A stretch of DNA of 64,000 nucleotides from Candidatus Pelagibacter sp. (GCA_013823725.1 PNMQ01000002.1:275823-339822); one strand, 5' to 3'. Positions 29,631 to 42,400 are shown, counted from the first letter of the stretch. Numbers and translations are program-made. Notes: generated by a model from the sequence alone, not told the origin.

Positions 29631-29718
29631 AACAATATAAAAATGATAAGGCTAACGAGCAAGATAGCTAAAAATCTGATAAATCTACCTTTAGTAGTAG
29701 CAGTTTAAAATTAAGCAC

Positions 29719-29753
29719 ATAAAGCTTTGGAAGCTATTATCCCAAAGCTTTAT
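29719..29753. terminator. 12-bp perfect hairpin between convergent genes
   Basis: ATAAAGCTTTGG (29719-29730) pairs with CCAAAGCTTTAT (29742-29753) across an 11-nt loop. The right arm covers the stop codon of the permease gene. There is no adjacent T-tract. Confidence 0.4.
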
Positions 29754-30594
29754 TAGTGTAGACGCCATATTTTAAGCTTTTTTTAGTGTTTAGATTTTTC
29801 CGCATTAAAATAACTGACAAGAAAACAAGAATAAAGCTGGCTAATATTAAAATGGTAGCCAATGCATTGATTTGAGGATTAACACCCAAACGAATACTTG
29901 AAAAAATAACAACTGGTAAAGTTGTTGATCCAGGACCAGACAACATACTGGCTAAGACAACATCGTCAAAAGACAATATAAATGCTAACACCCAACCTGA
30001 AATAATGCTGGGTAAAATTAATGGTAGTGTCACACACCATAAAACCTTCCATCCTCTTGCACCTAAATCCTGTGCGGCTTCTTCAAGAGAATGATCAAAA
30101 TCGCTAAGACGAGAACGAACAATTAAAAAAACATACGCAAAAGTTAGAGTCGTATGAACAATGGTAATCGTCATAAATCCTCTTTCTTTGGGCCACCCAG
30201 TTAGTCGTTCAAGAGATACAAAAAATAATAATAACGCAATACCTGTAACAACTTCGGGCATCACTAGTGGAGACGATGATAATCCTAAGAAAAATGTTCT
30301 TCCCTTAAATTGTTTATAGCGTCTCATACCTATGGCAGCTAAAGTTGCAAGACCAGTAGCTAAACTTGCGCTTGTCGCTGCAATTTGAAAACTAACCCAT
30401 GCTGATTTCATTAATGCTTCGTCTTGCTGAAGAGCATGAAACCACTTCAAAGAAAATCCTGTCCACTGTCCAGGATACCTCGTTGAATTAAAAGAAAAAA
30501 TGATAATTAAAATAATAGGTGCATACAAAAAAACATAGCCAAATAATAAGATTAAGCGTTTTAATGCAAATGTATTTTTAAGCTTTTGGATCAT
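29737..30594 (-). CDS. ABC transporter permease (PotC/PotI-like)
   Basis: Six hydrophobic segments and an EAA-loop region EEAAQDLGARGWKVLWCVTLPLILP. The ATG at 30594 lies 2 nt after the ybaB TGA (track uses the TTG at 30600). Confidence 0.8.
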   Translation of the reverse strand: MIQKLKNTFALKRLILLFGYVFLYAPIILIIIFSFNSTRYPGQWTGFSLKWFHALQQDEALMKSAWVSFQIAATSASLATGLATLAAIGMRRYKQFKGRTFFLGLSSSPLVMPEVVTGIALLLFFVSLERLTGWPKERGFMTITIVHTTLTFAYVFLIVRSRLSDFDHSLEEAAQDLGARGWKVLWCVTLPLILPSIISGWVLAFILSFDDVVLASMLSGPGSTTLPVVIFSSIRLGVNPQINALATILILASFILVFLSVILMRKNLNTKKSLKYGVYTNKALG

Positions 30595-30596
30595 TA

Positions 30597-30920
30597 TCAA
30601 AACGGTAATTTAAAACCAGATGGCATGTTCATGCCTGAAGAAGCTTTTGACATTTCTTCTGACGTTGCAGCATCCGCTTTTTCTTTCGCATCATTCAATG
30701 CAGTGACGAGCAAATCTTCTAATATTTCTTTATCTTCTGGAGTAATAAGACTAGGATCTACAGTGATTTTTTGAACAAAACCTTTTGCAGTCATTTGTAC
30801 TGTCACAAGACCACCACCAGATTTTCCTTCAACAGAAACAGACTCTAGCTTTTGTTGAGCTTCTTCCATTTTTTGTTGCATTTTTTGCGCTTGTTGTAAC
30901 ATTTGGGTTAATTGTTTCAT
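30597..30920 (-). CDS. ybaB: Nucleoid-associated protein YbaB/EbfC
   Basis: 107 aa with the Q/M-rich N-terminus MLQQAQKMQQKMEEAQ and core GGGLVTVQMTAKG. In the conserved position after dnaX, overlapping it by 4 nt. Confidence 0.9.
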   Translation of the reverse strand: MKQLTQMLQQAQKMQQKMEEAQQKLESVSVEGKSGGGLVTVQMTAKGFVQKITVDPSLITPEDKEILEDLLVTALNDAKEKADAATSEEMSKASSGMNMPSGFKLPF

Positions 30921-32569
30921 AAAGTATCGTCCTCAACTGTTGTGATAATTTCTGGAAATATATTTTGAAAATGTTGTATAGCAGGATGCTGTTGCGCTTT
31001 TGCCAACAACTCTAACGAACGCTTCTCATTTTTTTCCCTAATACTAAAACCCAAAGTATCAGAAACACTATTAATGTTCCAGGGTTTTTCATAAAGTTCC
31101 AAAAGTTTTTTTCTAAACTTAGCGATAAGATCTTTAGGTGTTCTTGAATCTAAAACAATAGTTGGAGGATGATATGATACAACATACATATTTTCTGTTA
31201 CTTCATAAACGAGCAATTCTTCTTTTTTATTTTTTAAAAAAACTAACAAATCTTCAAATGTTTCAGGCATGGGAACGCTTGATACAATGTAAGGTTCAAA
31301 ATCATGAACCAAAGCTGTTGATTTACTATCAATGGAATCAGTTTGCTGAAAAGACGTTTGCCCCATCATTCTAGAATCTGTCGTTGTTGTTATCTTTGAA
31401 GATTGATCTTTTTGTGGATTTTCGACTATACTTTTTCCAAACATTTCTATCAAGTGACAAAATTTCAAAAATAAAATAATTGCTGTTTCTTTAGGCAAAG
31501 GACTTTTTTGAATTTCTTCAAAACCTGAAGACAGGACTTGCCAAAGACGCATAATTGTCGATAAATCCAAACTAGACAAATGCTTAATTTTTGACAATTC
31601 ATTTTCTGTTAAATTCATTTCTTTCACAAGTGAAGGTGCTTGTTTATAACACAAAAGATGATAGGTTAATTCCAAAATATTTTGCATGAACAGAAGTGGT
31701 TTAACACCTTTTTGAAAGTACGTTTGTAAATTTTGAATAATGAATGCAGAATCACCTTCAAATGCTTTTTCAATAACATCTAAAGCAACCTCGGTATGAA
31801 TAATCCCCATCATGGATTCAACGGTTTGTACAGATATCTGTTCCATATTTTGAGAACGAGATAAAGCAATGCTTTGATCTAACAAAGATAAACCATCTCT
31901 CATCGATCCGCGCGCAGATCTTGCTAACATGACCAAAGCGTCATCGTCAGCTTTTACGTCTTCATGTTTACAAATTTCTTTTAAATGATCGTTGATTACA
32001 GATGTTTTGATATGACCCAAATCAAATTTTGCACAACGCGACAAAATAGTATCTGGCACTTTGTGAAGCTCTGTCGTTGCAAAAATAAAAATGACATGTG
32101 CAGGGGGTTCTTCCAAAACCTTTAGAAGAGCATTAAATGCACTTTTTGAAAGCATGTGCACTTCGTCAATAATAAAGACTTTAAAACGTCCACCCACTGC
32201 TTTATATTGCGTAGATTCAATAATTTCGCGAATATCATCAACACCTGTACGACTTGCTGCGTCAAATTCCACAACGTCAAGGCTTTTATCTTTATCAAGG
32301 CTTAGACACGAATTGCATTGCCCACAAGGATCAGCGCTCATCATGCCTTTTCCATCCACACCAACACAATTAACCGATCGTGCAATGATACGAGCCGTTG
32401 TTGTTTTACCAACACCCCTTGTTCCATAAAGTAATATAGCAGGTGGCAGTTTTTGTTGCCTAATCATCTCTTTTAAAGTTGTCTGCAAGACATCTTGCCC
32501 TACTAAATCCTTTAAAACTTTTGGCCTATATTTTCTGGCCAGAACAATGTAGTTTTGTTGGTTTTTCAT
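30917..32569 (-). CDS. dnaX: DNA polymerase III subunit gamma/tau
   Basis: Walker A GTRGVGKTTTARI, zinc module CGQCNSC, Walker B IIDEVHMLS, sensor SRC. Confidence 0.95.
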   Translation of the reverse strand: MKNQQNYIVLARKYRPKVLKDLVGQDVLQTTLKEMIRQQKLPPAILLYGTRGVGKTTTARIIARSVNCVGVDGKGMMSADPCGQCNSCLSLDKDKSLDVVEFDAASRTGVDDIREIIESTQYKAVGGRFKVFIIDEVHMLSKSAFNALLKVLEEPPAHVIFIFATTELHKVPDTILSRCAKFDLGHIKTSVINDHLKEICKHEDVKADDDALVMLARSARGSMRDGLSLLDQSIALSRSQNMEQISVQTVESMMGIIHTEVALDVIEKAFEGDSAFIIQNLQTYFQKGVKPLLFMQNILELTYHLLCYKQAPSLVKEMNLTENELSKIKHLSSLDLSTIMRLWQVLSSGFEEIQKSPLPKETAIILFLKFCHLIEMFGKSIVENPQKDQSSKITTTTDSRMMGQTSFQQTDSIDSKSTALVHDFEPYIVSSVPMPETFEDLLVFLKNKKEELLVYEVTENMYVVSYHPPTIVLDSRTPKDLIAKFRKKLLELYEKPWNINSVSDTLGFSIREKNEKRSLELLAKAQQHPAIQHFQNIFPEIITTVEDDTL

Positions 32570-32582
32570 CAGTCAGTCCGCT

Positions 32583-34930
<2,348 letters not shown>

Positions 34931-34940
34931 TAAATCTCTT

Positions 34941-36506
34941 CTACTTTTTTACAATATTGATTTTAAGCAAGAAATCTTGAACAATCTGAGGAAGAAGATT
35001 CATTAATTTCCCAAAATCTTCATTTGATAATTCAGCTGTATCATCAATACTTTTGATTATCTCAGGATGTAAGGTGCTCACTTGATCATAGGCAAATTTT
35101 TCAAATTCATGAATTTGATTCACCGGTAAAGGAGTTAGAAAATCATTATTGGCAATAAAGAGAATAAGTGCTTCTTGTGATAAGTTTAATGGACTATTTT
35201 GTTTTTGTTTTAAGCATTCAACAATGCGTTCACCCTTTGCTAGCAATGATTTGCTCACTACATCTAAGTCACTTGAAAACTGTGCAAAAGCTTCAATTTC
35301 ACGGTACTGTGCTAAGTCCAATTTTAAAGATCCCGATAATTTTTTAATCACTTTAGGTTGCGCTGCTGAACCAACACGACTTACCGAAAGCCCCACATTT
35401 ATAGCTGGCAAAATACCTTTGTTAAATAATTCAGTTTCCAAAAAAATCTGACCGTCTGTAATTGAAATAACGTTAGTTGGAATATAGGCGGAAACATCTC
35501 CTGATTGAGTTTCAATAATAGGCAAAGCTGTTAAAGATCCCGCCCCCTTATCGTCGCTTAATTTAGCAGCTCTTTCTAAAAGTCGTGAATGAAGATAAAA
35601 AACATCACCCGGATAAGCTTCACGACCGGGTGGACGGCGCAACAACAAAGACATTTGACGATAAGCAACCGCGTGTTTTGATAAATCATCATAAATGATT
35701 AATGCGTGCATACCATTATCTCTAAAATATTCACCCATTGCACATCCTGAAAAAGGAGCTAAATATTGTAATGTAGCCAAATCAGATGCTGATGCTTCAA
35801 CAATAATGCAATATTCTAAGGCACCATGCTCTTCTAGCGTTTTTACAATTTGTGCAACTGTGGAACGTTTTTGTCCAATTGCAACGTAAACACAATACAT
35901 TTTATCTTTAGGACCAACACTATCGTTAAATTTTTTCTGGTTCAAAATGGCATCTATCGCAATAGCTGTTTTACCTGTTTGTCGGTCACCAATAATTAAT
36001 TCACGTTGACCACGTCCTATAGGAATTAGCGCATCAATAGCTTTGATTCCAGTGCATAATGGTTCATGCACAGATTGACGCTCTATAATTCCAGGAGCTC
36101 CCCTCTCAAGGGGCGTATAAGTTACGTTTTCTAATGCGCCTAAACCATCTATAGGGTCTCCTAAAGCATTAACAATACGGCCCAATAATCCCATACCTGC
36201 TGGAACGCCAAGCGTTTTTTTTGTTCTCCTAACAATATTATCTTCAGAAACTCCAGAATCAGAATCTACTAAGACAATACCCACATTATCATGCTCTAAG
36301 TTATAAGCAATGCCGCGTGAAATGGATCCATTTTCATTTTCAATTTCAAGCCATTCTCCAAAACAAACATGATCTAAACCATCTGCTCTGGCGATTCCAT
36401 CACCTACGGATAAAATCGTGCCGGTTTCTTTAATCTCGACAAGTTGATCAAAGTTAATAATTTTATCTTTAATCAGTGATGATATTTCTGTAAATTTTAA
36501 GGACAT
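34941..36506 (-). CDS. atpA: F1 ATP synthase alpha subunit
   Basis: Walker [10 protein letters not shown], plus [27 protein letters not shown]. Confidence 0.97.
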   Translation of the reverse strand: MSLKFTEISSLIKDKIINFDQLVEIKETGTILSVGDGIARADGLDHVCFGEWLEIENENGSISRGIAYNLEHDNVGIVLVDSDSGVSEDNIVRRTKKTLGVPAGMGLLGRIVNALGDPIDGLGALENVTYTPLERGAPGIIERQSVHEPLCTGIKAIDALIPIGRGQRELIIGDRQTGKTAIAIDAILNQKKFNDSVGPKDKMYCVYVAIGQKRSTVAQIVKTLEEHGALEYCIIVEASASDLATLQYLAPFSGCAMGEYFRDNGMHALIIYDDLSKHAVAYRQMSLLLRRPPGREAYPGDVFYLHSRLLERAAKLSDDKGAGSLTALPIIETQSGDVSAYIPTNVISITDGQIFLETELFNKGILPAINVGLSVSRVGSAAQPKVIKKLSGSLKLDLAQYREIEAFAQFSSDLDVVSKSLLAKGERIVECLKQKQNSPLNLSQEALILFIANNDFLTPLPVNQIHEFEKFAYDQVSTLHPEIIKSIDDTAELSNEDFGKLMNLLPQIVQDFLLKINIVKK

Positions 36507-36526
36507 AAGTTTCTATCTTTTTTATA

Positions 36527-37069
36527 TTATTGACAATTTTCGTTTTTAATTCTTTTGATAAAATGAGCAAAATTTGCGTGAATTTCAAGATTGTGCATAA
36601 TACGCATACTAAAACCCATAAGTTTTGATGGGTCAATGGAAACTTTATAAGTAACTCTTTTTTTTAATCGAGAAGAAACAAATTGTTTAATGGATGACAA
36701 TTGTTCTTTAGACATATAAGGACTAACGTCAACATTAGCAACGACACTATTGTATTTCTCTACCATCAATTGTTGAAGAGCAAAGATAATTTTATCTAGT
36801 AATTCCAACCGTTTTGCATGATTAATAAATAAAATAAATTTTCTTAAAATTGGCAAATGGTCATCTCCAGCATTTTTAAAAACAATTGAACCAAGAACAC
36901 TTTCTAAAATTTCTGTATTTAAAAAACGAGGTAAACGTTTATAGCGCTTTACAAGAACGGATTTCAAAATTCGTAAAGTTTCATACATTTCTATTGCCTG
37001 GATTTCGTTATCACAAAAATCCAATAAAACTTTCGCATAGCGTCCTTGTTTTGAAACTGAAATGAACAA
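36527..37069 (-). CDS. atpH: F1 ATP synthase delta (OSCP) subunit
   Basis: 180 aa with an N-terminal RYAKVLLDF pattern and C-terminal VSIDPSKLMGFSMRI. First gene of the atpH-A-G-D run. Confidence 0.8.
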   Translation of the reverse strand: MFISVSKQGRYAKVLLDFCDNEIQAIEMYETLRILKSVLVKRYKRLPRFLNTEILESVLGSIVFKNAGDDHLPILRKFILFINHAKRLELLDKIIFALQQLMVEKYNSVVANVDVSPYMSKEQLSSIKQFVSSRLKKRVTYKVSIDPSKLMGFSMRIMHNLEIHANFAHFIKRIKNENCQ

Positions 37070-37495
37070 TACTATAAACCAAAATAATACACTTAGCTAT
37101 TTTTAGCATAATCTACTTCAATGGACAAGAATTCACTCAAATATTTTTATCAACCGCATAAATTAACGTATATAAAAAATAAAAAATCAATAAAAACAAA
37201 AAACTATTTACATAAATATTAAATATAATTATTTTTATTTGTTCTAAAAATATATAACCAATGCAAGTTAATAATTTAAATCAGGTCTCTTGCAAGGTTA
37301 AATCAATCGCTACCAGATGAGGCGATCACAAAAGACTTTAGAAAAACTATAGAATGGAGGTCTGCTAATCCTCTCATGGAGGAAGACAAGTATATGAAAG
37401 CTAACAACAAATAGCTCAACATAAAATCAATTGTACCCAAATATTTGATTCTATGTTATTTTTTAATATAAAATTTTATATATTGATGATCATTC

Positions 37496-39925
37496 ATGTC
37501 CAAAATTAAAAGACAAGAAAAATCCTATTCATTTTTTTCCAAATTCATTTATGATATAAAGGGTTTTATTTTACTGACTTTAGCTATTGTTATTGGATTA
37601 TCTGTATTTTTTTACAATGACAAAGATCCTTCTCTTAATACTAGTTCTTACCAAGAAATTGAAAACATACTTGGAGGATTAGGAAGTTCTACTGCAGATT
37701 TATTTTTACAGATTTTCGGACTGACATCATATATTATTATTTTTTCTCTTGTAGTATGGGGAATACAATCACTATTTTTTAACTCTCAAAAATCTTTGAC
37801 CAAAAAAATATTTTTTTCTTTCTTATTTTCTATGCATTTTGGATTACTGCTTGGCCTTTGCACACAATTTAGCGAAAAAGTGATTCATCATATTCCATCA
37901 CTGAGCAACCTTTCTTATTATGGTGGATTCATCAGTTTATATTCTGAAAATTTATGGAATTCTATCTTTTACCCCTTGGGTTTCAAATTAAAAAGCAACT
38001 ATCTAGAAATCATAACTCTTGCCTCTTTGTCCGTTATCTTTTTGTGGCTAAGCTTAGGACTTAACGTTAGCTTATTTTTTCAAATCATATATAAAATTTT
38101 AAGGGCGCTATTTCTACTGATATCCTATTGTATCAAAACACCTATTCGCCTTGCTTCAGCAAAATATTCAGACAAAAATATGTATGTACATCACGATGAA
38201 GTACTTGAGGAAGAAAATCATATTCCCCTCAATACTATTTATGAACAAGGTGACACGTTTGTTGATTTTGATTGGGCTACTAAAAATACTGATAGCTCTG
38301 AAGATTTAGAAACATCCTCTGATTTGGATGAAGAACACGAATCTGTTGAAGATCATAGCGCGCCTAATTTTGATAACGTCATCAAGCCCCATAAGAAGAA
38401 AATATCCAAAACGAAAAGTGAACAAAAAGAAATCTTTTCCTTCTTTAGCGGTGAATATAGTCTTCCACCCATTGAATTATTAGATAAAACAGTTTTACAT
38501 AAAAAGACAACAGTCACAAATGAATCTATCAGAGAAAATGCACAACTGTTACAAGAAGCTTTAAACGATTTTGGAATTAAAGGTGAAATAGAAAATATCA
38601 AACCAGGTCCCGTTGTCACCATGTATGAAGTTAAACCTGCACCTGGAATTAAATCATCAAGGGTCATCAGCCTTGCCGATGACATTGCACGATCGATGAG
38701 CGCATTATCTGCACGTATAGCAGGTATTCCAGGAAAAAATGTTATAGGTATAGAACTACCTAATAAAAACAGACAAACCGTTTACCTTAGAGAACTACTC
38801 AGTTCTAATGAATACCAATCTAGCGAATGTGCTCTGCCTCTGATTTTAGGGCTTAACATTGGTGGCTTACCCATCATTGCTGACCTTGCTAAAATGCCGC
38901 ACTTACTGGTTGCCGGAACAACAGGTTCTGGAAAATCTGTTTCAGTAAACGCTATGATTTTGTCTTTATTGTTCAAACTTCCTCCTTCTAAATGTAAATT
39001 AATCATGATAGACCCGAAGATGTTAGAATTATCCGTGTACGATGATATCCCGCATCTTTTAACACCTGTTGTGACAGATCCAAAAAAAGCTGTTGTTGCA
39101 TTAAAATGGGCCGTTAAAGAAATGGAAGACCGTTATAGATCTATGTCAAAACTAGGCGTTAGAAACATTGATGGATTCAATGAACGTCTTGCAAAAGCAA
39201 AACGTGAAGGAGAAATTCTGTCACGAAAAGTACAAACAGGTTTTGATCCAGAAACAGGAAAGCCCATTTTCGAAAATCAAAATTTAGGTTATGCCCCACT
39301 TCCCTATATCGTCATTGTTGTAGATGAAATGGCAGACCTTATGATGGTTTCAGGCAAAGAAATAGAAGCAACCATTCAACGTCTTGCACAAATGGCGCGT
39401 GCAGCAGGCATACACCTCATCATGGCTACACAAAGACCTTCTGTCGATGTTATTACAGGAACTATCAAAGCTAACTTTCCAACACGTATCAGCTTCCAAG
39501 TTACATCAAAAATTGACAGTCGAACTATTTTAGGTGAAATGGGCGGAGAACAATTACTAGGTCAAGGTGACATGCTTTATATGTCTGGTGCAGGAAGAAT
39601 TAACCGCGTTCACGGCCCTTATGTCAGAGACGATGAGGTTGAGCGTATTGTATCATTCTTAAAAGAACAACAAGAACCTGATTACATTGAAAATATAACA
39701 GTTGATGAAGAAGCTGAAGAAGAGCAAAAACAAGCATCTACAGGCGATGAAATTTATGATAAAGCTGTTGATCTGATTGTCAGAGAAGGGAAAGTATCCA
39801 CAAGTTTCATACAACGTCACTTGCAAATTGGTTATAACAGAGCAGCACGGATTGTAGAACAAATGGAAAAAGAAGGCCTTATTAGCGAAGCCAACCATGT
39901 TGGTAAAAGACAAATTTTAAAATAA
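37496..39925 (+). CDS. ftsK: DNA translocase FtsK
   Basis: N-terminal transmembrane segments, an acidic linker, Walker A GTTGSGKSV, Walker B VVDEMADLM, and a C-terminal gamma winged helix (IQRHLQIGYNRAARIVEQMEKEGLIS). Confidence 0.95.
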   Translation: MSKIKRQEKSYSFFSKFIYDIKGFILLTLAIVIGLSVFFYNDKDPSLNTSSYQEIENILGGLGSSTADLFLQIFGLTSYIIIFSLVVWGIQSLFFNSQKSLTKKIFFSFLFSMHFGLLLGLCTQFSEKVIHHIPSLSNLSYYGGFISLYSENLWNSIFYPLGFKLKSNYLEIITLASLSVIFLWLSLGLNVSLFFQIIYKILRALFLLISYCIKTPIRLASAKYSDKNMYVHHDEVLEEENHIPLNTIYEQGDTFVDFDWATKNTDSSEDLETSSDLDEEHESVEDHSAPNFDNVIKPHKKKISKTKSEQKEIFSFFSGEYSLPPIELLDKTVLHKKTTVTNESIRENAQLLQEALNDFGIKGEIENIKPGPVVTMYEVKPAPGIKSSRVISLADDIARSMSALSARIAGIPGKNVIGIELPNKNRQTVYLRELLSSNEYQSSECALPLILGLNIGGLPIIADLAKMPHLLVAGTTGSGKSVSVNAMILSLLFKLPPSKCKLIMIDPKMLELSVYDDIPHLLTPVVTDPKKAVVALKWAVKEMEDRYRSMSKLGVRNIDGFNERLAKAKREGEILSRKVQTGFDPETGKPIFENQNLGYAPLPYIVIVVDEMADLMMVSGKEIEATIQRLAQMARAAGIHLIMATQRPSVDVITGTIKANFPTRISFQVTSKIDSRTILGEMGGEQLLGQGDMLYMSGAGRINRVHGPYVRDDEVERIVSFLKEQQEPDYIENITVDEEAEEEQKQASTGDEIYDKAVDLIVREGKVSTSFIQRHLQIGYNRAARIVEQMEKEGLISEANHVGKRQILK

Positions 39926-39931
39926 TTTCAA

Positions 39932-40753
39932 CTACTGAAAATGTTTAATCATGTAGCTCTTGATTTTATCGAGAGCAGCATTTTCAATTTGGCGAACTCG
40001 TTCACGCGAAATTTGGTACTTTGCTGCTAGGTCAGACAATTCTAAAGGATTTTCACACAATCTACGTTTTTGCAAAATATCAAAGTAACGAGGTGGTAAA
40101 GTTTTTAATGCCTCTTGTAAAAGAATTGACTTTTTATTCAAATCATCATTATTTAAGATGATCGACTCTACTGTAAAATCTTGATCATTGGAGCTTACAA
40201 GCAGGTCAACATAATGAGCATCACCATCATCTGATGAAACAGTAGCATCAAGTGAAAAATCACCAGACATCATCTGATTCATACAAACAACTTCTTTTTC
40301 AGATACTTTTAATTCTTTGGCTAAATTTTCGATTGTTTCTTGATTTAAAATTTCAGAACGATTGATTTTGTTAAGGTTATTTCTTATTTTATTGAGATTA
40401 AAAAACAAATGTCTTTGCTGTTTTGTTTTACCGACACGCACTAAAGAGCACATATTAATGACATAGGTTTGAACATGATGTTTAATCCAAATCAGTGCAA
40501 ACGATGAAAAACAAGTTCCTAAAGAAAGGTCAAAATTAGAAAGAGCTTTCATAAAGCCAATATTTCCCTCAGAAACTAAATCTGACAGGGGAATATTGTA
40601 ACCAGAATACTGTGCAGCAATTTTTTGGATGAAATGATAATATGAACGAAACAGTTTTTCTAATGCTTTTTGATCTGCAGCGTTTTGCCAGTTTTTAATG
40701 AGAAAAGTTTCTTCTTCTTGATTGAGAATTTGCGCAGACGTCTTCATAAGCAA
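39932..40753 (-). CDS. rpoH: Heat-shock sigma factor (sigma-32)
   Basis: Sigma-70 region 2 (LVSEGNIGFMKAL) and region 4 (ISRERVRQIENAAL), plus an RpoH-box-like QQRHLFFNLNKIR. Confidence 0.85.
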   Translation of the reverse strand: MLMKTSAQILNQEEETFLIKNWQNAADQKALEKLFRSYYHFIQKIAAQYSGYNIPLSDLVSEGNIGFMKALSNFDLSLGTCFSSFALIWIKHHVQTYVINMCSLVRVGKTKQQRHLFFNLNKIRNNLNKINRSEILNQETIENLAKELKVSEKEVVCMNQMMSGDFSLDATVSSDDGDAHYVDLLVSSNDQDFTVESIILNNDDLNKKSILLQEALKTLPPRYFDILQKRRLCENPLELSDLAAKYQISRERVRQIENAALDKIKSYMIKHFQ

Positions 40754-40795
40754 TGAATCACTTTAAAAATATAACCTAATCAAAAAAATAAATAT

Positions 40796-40871
40796 TGGCG
40801 TCCCCTACGGGATTCGAACCCGTGTCTACACCTTGAGAGGGTGGGATCCTAGGCCTCTAGACGAAGGGGAC
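40796..40871 (-). tRNA. tRNA-Glu (anticodon CUC)
   Basis: The minus strand reads GTCCCCTTCGTCTAGAGGCCTAGGATCCCACCCTCTCAAGGTGTAGACACGGGTTCGAATCCCGTAGGGGACGCCA. Colinear with E. coli tRNA-Glu. Anticodon loop CTCTCAA gives CUC. CCA is encoded. Confidence 0.9.
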
Positions 40872-40926
40872 ATGTTCTTTTATTCTAGAATACATTTAAA
40901 GGCATATCAAGACAAATATCGTGTAA

Positions 40927-40960
40927 AATAAAAAAGCGTATACTTGTTGTATACGCTTTT
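40927..40960 (-). terminator. Rho-independent terminator downstream of the porin gene
   Basis: AGCGTATAC (40935-40943) pairs with GTATACGCT (40949-40957). On the minus strand the stem is followed by TTTTTTATTTT. Confidence 0.65.
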
Positions 40961-40981
40961 CTATAGTTGTTTTAGAAATTC

Positions 40982-42400
40982 TTAGAAACTAACTTTTGTA
41001 CCTACGATAAATACAGCACCTTTGTTATTTCCAATTGGTGAATTTGCACCATTTGAAGCAGACAACTCATAATCTTTTGCACCTAAGATGCTTGTTTCAT
41101 TTGTTTTTGTTCTCAATCCAGTCACTTCACCAAAAAATGTTAACCCTTCTAAAGCTTTTAGATCAAGAGTTGCAGTTACAGCATCAACTTTTGCACTACC
41201 AGAAGCATGTGTTTTTCTACTTGTATTAAAATAACCCAACGCTGCCTTGTATGAACCAAATTTATAAGAAGAACCTATGTTCCATGCTCTACCCGCATTT
41301 CCTTCACACACATAAGGTGTTCCATCTGCTTCCTGAGTTGGGAACAGTGGAACTATGTTAGCAGCTGTTCTATTCATATCTTCTAGTTCTTTTGTATAAT
41401 AACGAGATTTTTTGTTATTTAAATAGTTTGCAGCAACATCGAGTTTATCATAACCATAATTTAAAGATGCCATCCATGAATTTGTTTTTTGTAATTTATT
41501 CTTTTTTCTGCTTGGCTTAACAGGAGTAAAAACTCCGCCAATACTATAGTTTAAATTGTCTTTGATTGAAAAAATGGGAGATTCTGTAATATAAACAAAA
41601 TCACCACCAAAACGATGTTCCTGGTGTTCACCTTCATACTTTAGCGCCATCGTTACGTTGTTAATACCATAACCATAGTTTTTTTCATTTGGATAGATCA
41701 TCTTTTCGTTGCCATCATCTCCGCTGTTTGATTGAGAACGTGTGTTATCACGACCCATTTTACCAGTGTGTGTTGTATTAGGTGTAAAAGAAAGACCCGC
41801 TGTAAATCCGTTTACGGTTGGTGATGTATAGTTGATTTTTGTACCAACACCTGGTGAACCAATTATGGTTGTTCCTTTTATTGTACCTTCTGAAAAGTTA
41901 TAATAGTCACCAGCGCTACCATTAATACCGCCTGTACCGCCTAACAAACCATAAGCACCGTATGAACCAAATTTATCATCTACACCTTTAACGTTTCCTA
42001 TTTCAAAAGAACCAATATCATCTTTTGAAACTTCAATATAGCTTCTTTTGATACCAACGGAGTTTGTAATAGCTTGTAAGCGTGTTACGTAACCGTATCT
42101 GTATCCACTATCTGTTTTACCATATACTTTAAAATATAAATCTGATGTTGGTATTTGAAAGTTCACAGCACCAGCTTTACCATTGCTGTTATCTTTTTGT
42201 TTAACACCACCGGCTTGGGCTGTTATTGTTCCAGAAATTTTTAATGCTAAGGGTTCAGCAGCTGAATTTTTTGTAATGTTAGTTACAGTCTCTTTTTTTT
42301 CTGTTTTTACAGGAGCAGCCGAAGAAACTGCCGCAAAAACAACTTGACCAGAGAAAAGAGTCACAGTGGACAAACATAGTATTGTTTTTAAATTTTTCAT
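40982..42400 (-). CDS. Outer-membrane beta-barrel porin
   Basis: Signal peptide MKNLKTILCLSTVTLFSGQVVFAA, G/Y/N/T-rich alternating strands, and a C-terminal aromatic end (VGTKVSF). Porin subfamily not assignable by eye. Confidence 0.65.
   Translation of the reverse strand: MKNLKTILCLSTVTLFSGQVVFAAVSSAAPVKTEKKETVTNITKNSAAEPLALKISGTITAQAGGVKQKDNSNGKAGAVNFQIPTSDLYFKVYGKTDSGYRYGYVTRLQAITNSVGIKRSYIEVSKDDIGSFEIGNVKGVDDKFGSYGAYGLLGGTGGINGSAGDYYNFSEGTIKGTTIIGSPGVGTKINYTSPTVNGFTAGLSFTPNTTHTGKMGRDNTRSQSNSGDDGNEKMIYPNEKNYGYGINNVTMALKYEGEHQEHRFGGDFVYITESPIFSIKDNLNYSIGGVFTPVKPSRKKNKLQKTNSWMASLNYGYDKLDVAANYLNNKKSRYYTKELEDMNRTAANIVPLFPTQEADGTPYVCEGNAGRAWNIGSSYKFGSYKAALGYFNTSRKTHASGSAKVDAVTATLDLKALEGLTFFGEVTGLRTKTNETSILGAKDYELSASNGANSPIGNNKGAVFIVGTKVSF

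Noticed and set aside
30917-32569. Programmed -1 frameshift site in dnaX (gamma/tau), as in E. coli
   Set aside because: I found no A-AAA-AAG heptamer with a downstream stem-loop at the domain III/IV boundary. The only long A-run lies near the C-terminus and does not resemble the known signal.
37260-37420. Could the GC-richer intergenic segment be SRP RNA, tmRNA (including the two-piece alphaproteobacterial form), 6S or RNase P RNA?
   Set aside because: There is no GGAAGCAGC-type SRP domain IV and no tRNA-like T-arm or CCA end. The GCT AAC AAC AAA TAG frame is too short and lacks the hydrophobic -LAA-type end of a tmRNA tag. There is no GAGGAAAGUCC RNase P core. It is kept only as a low-interest structural observation.
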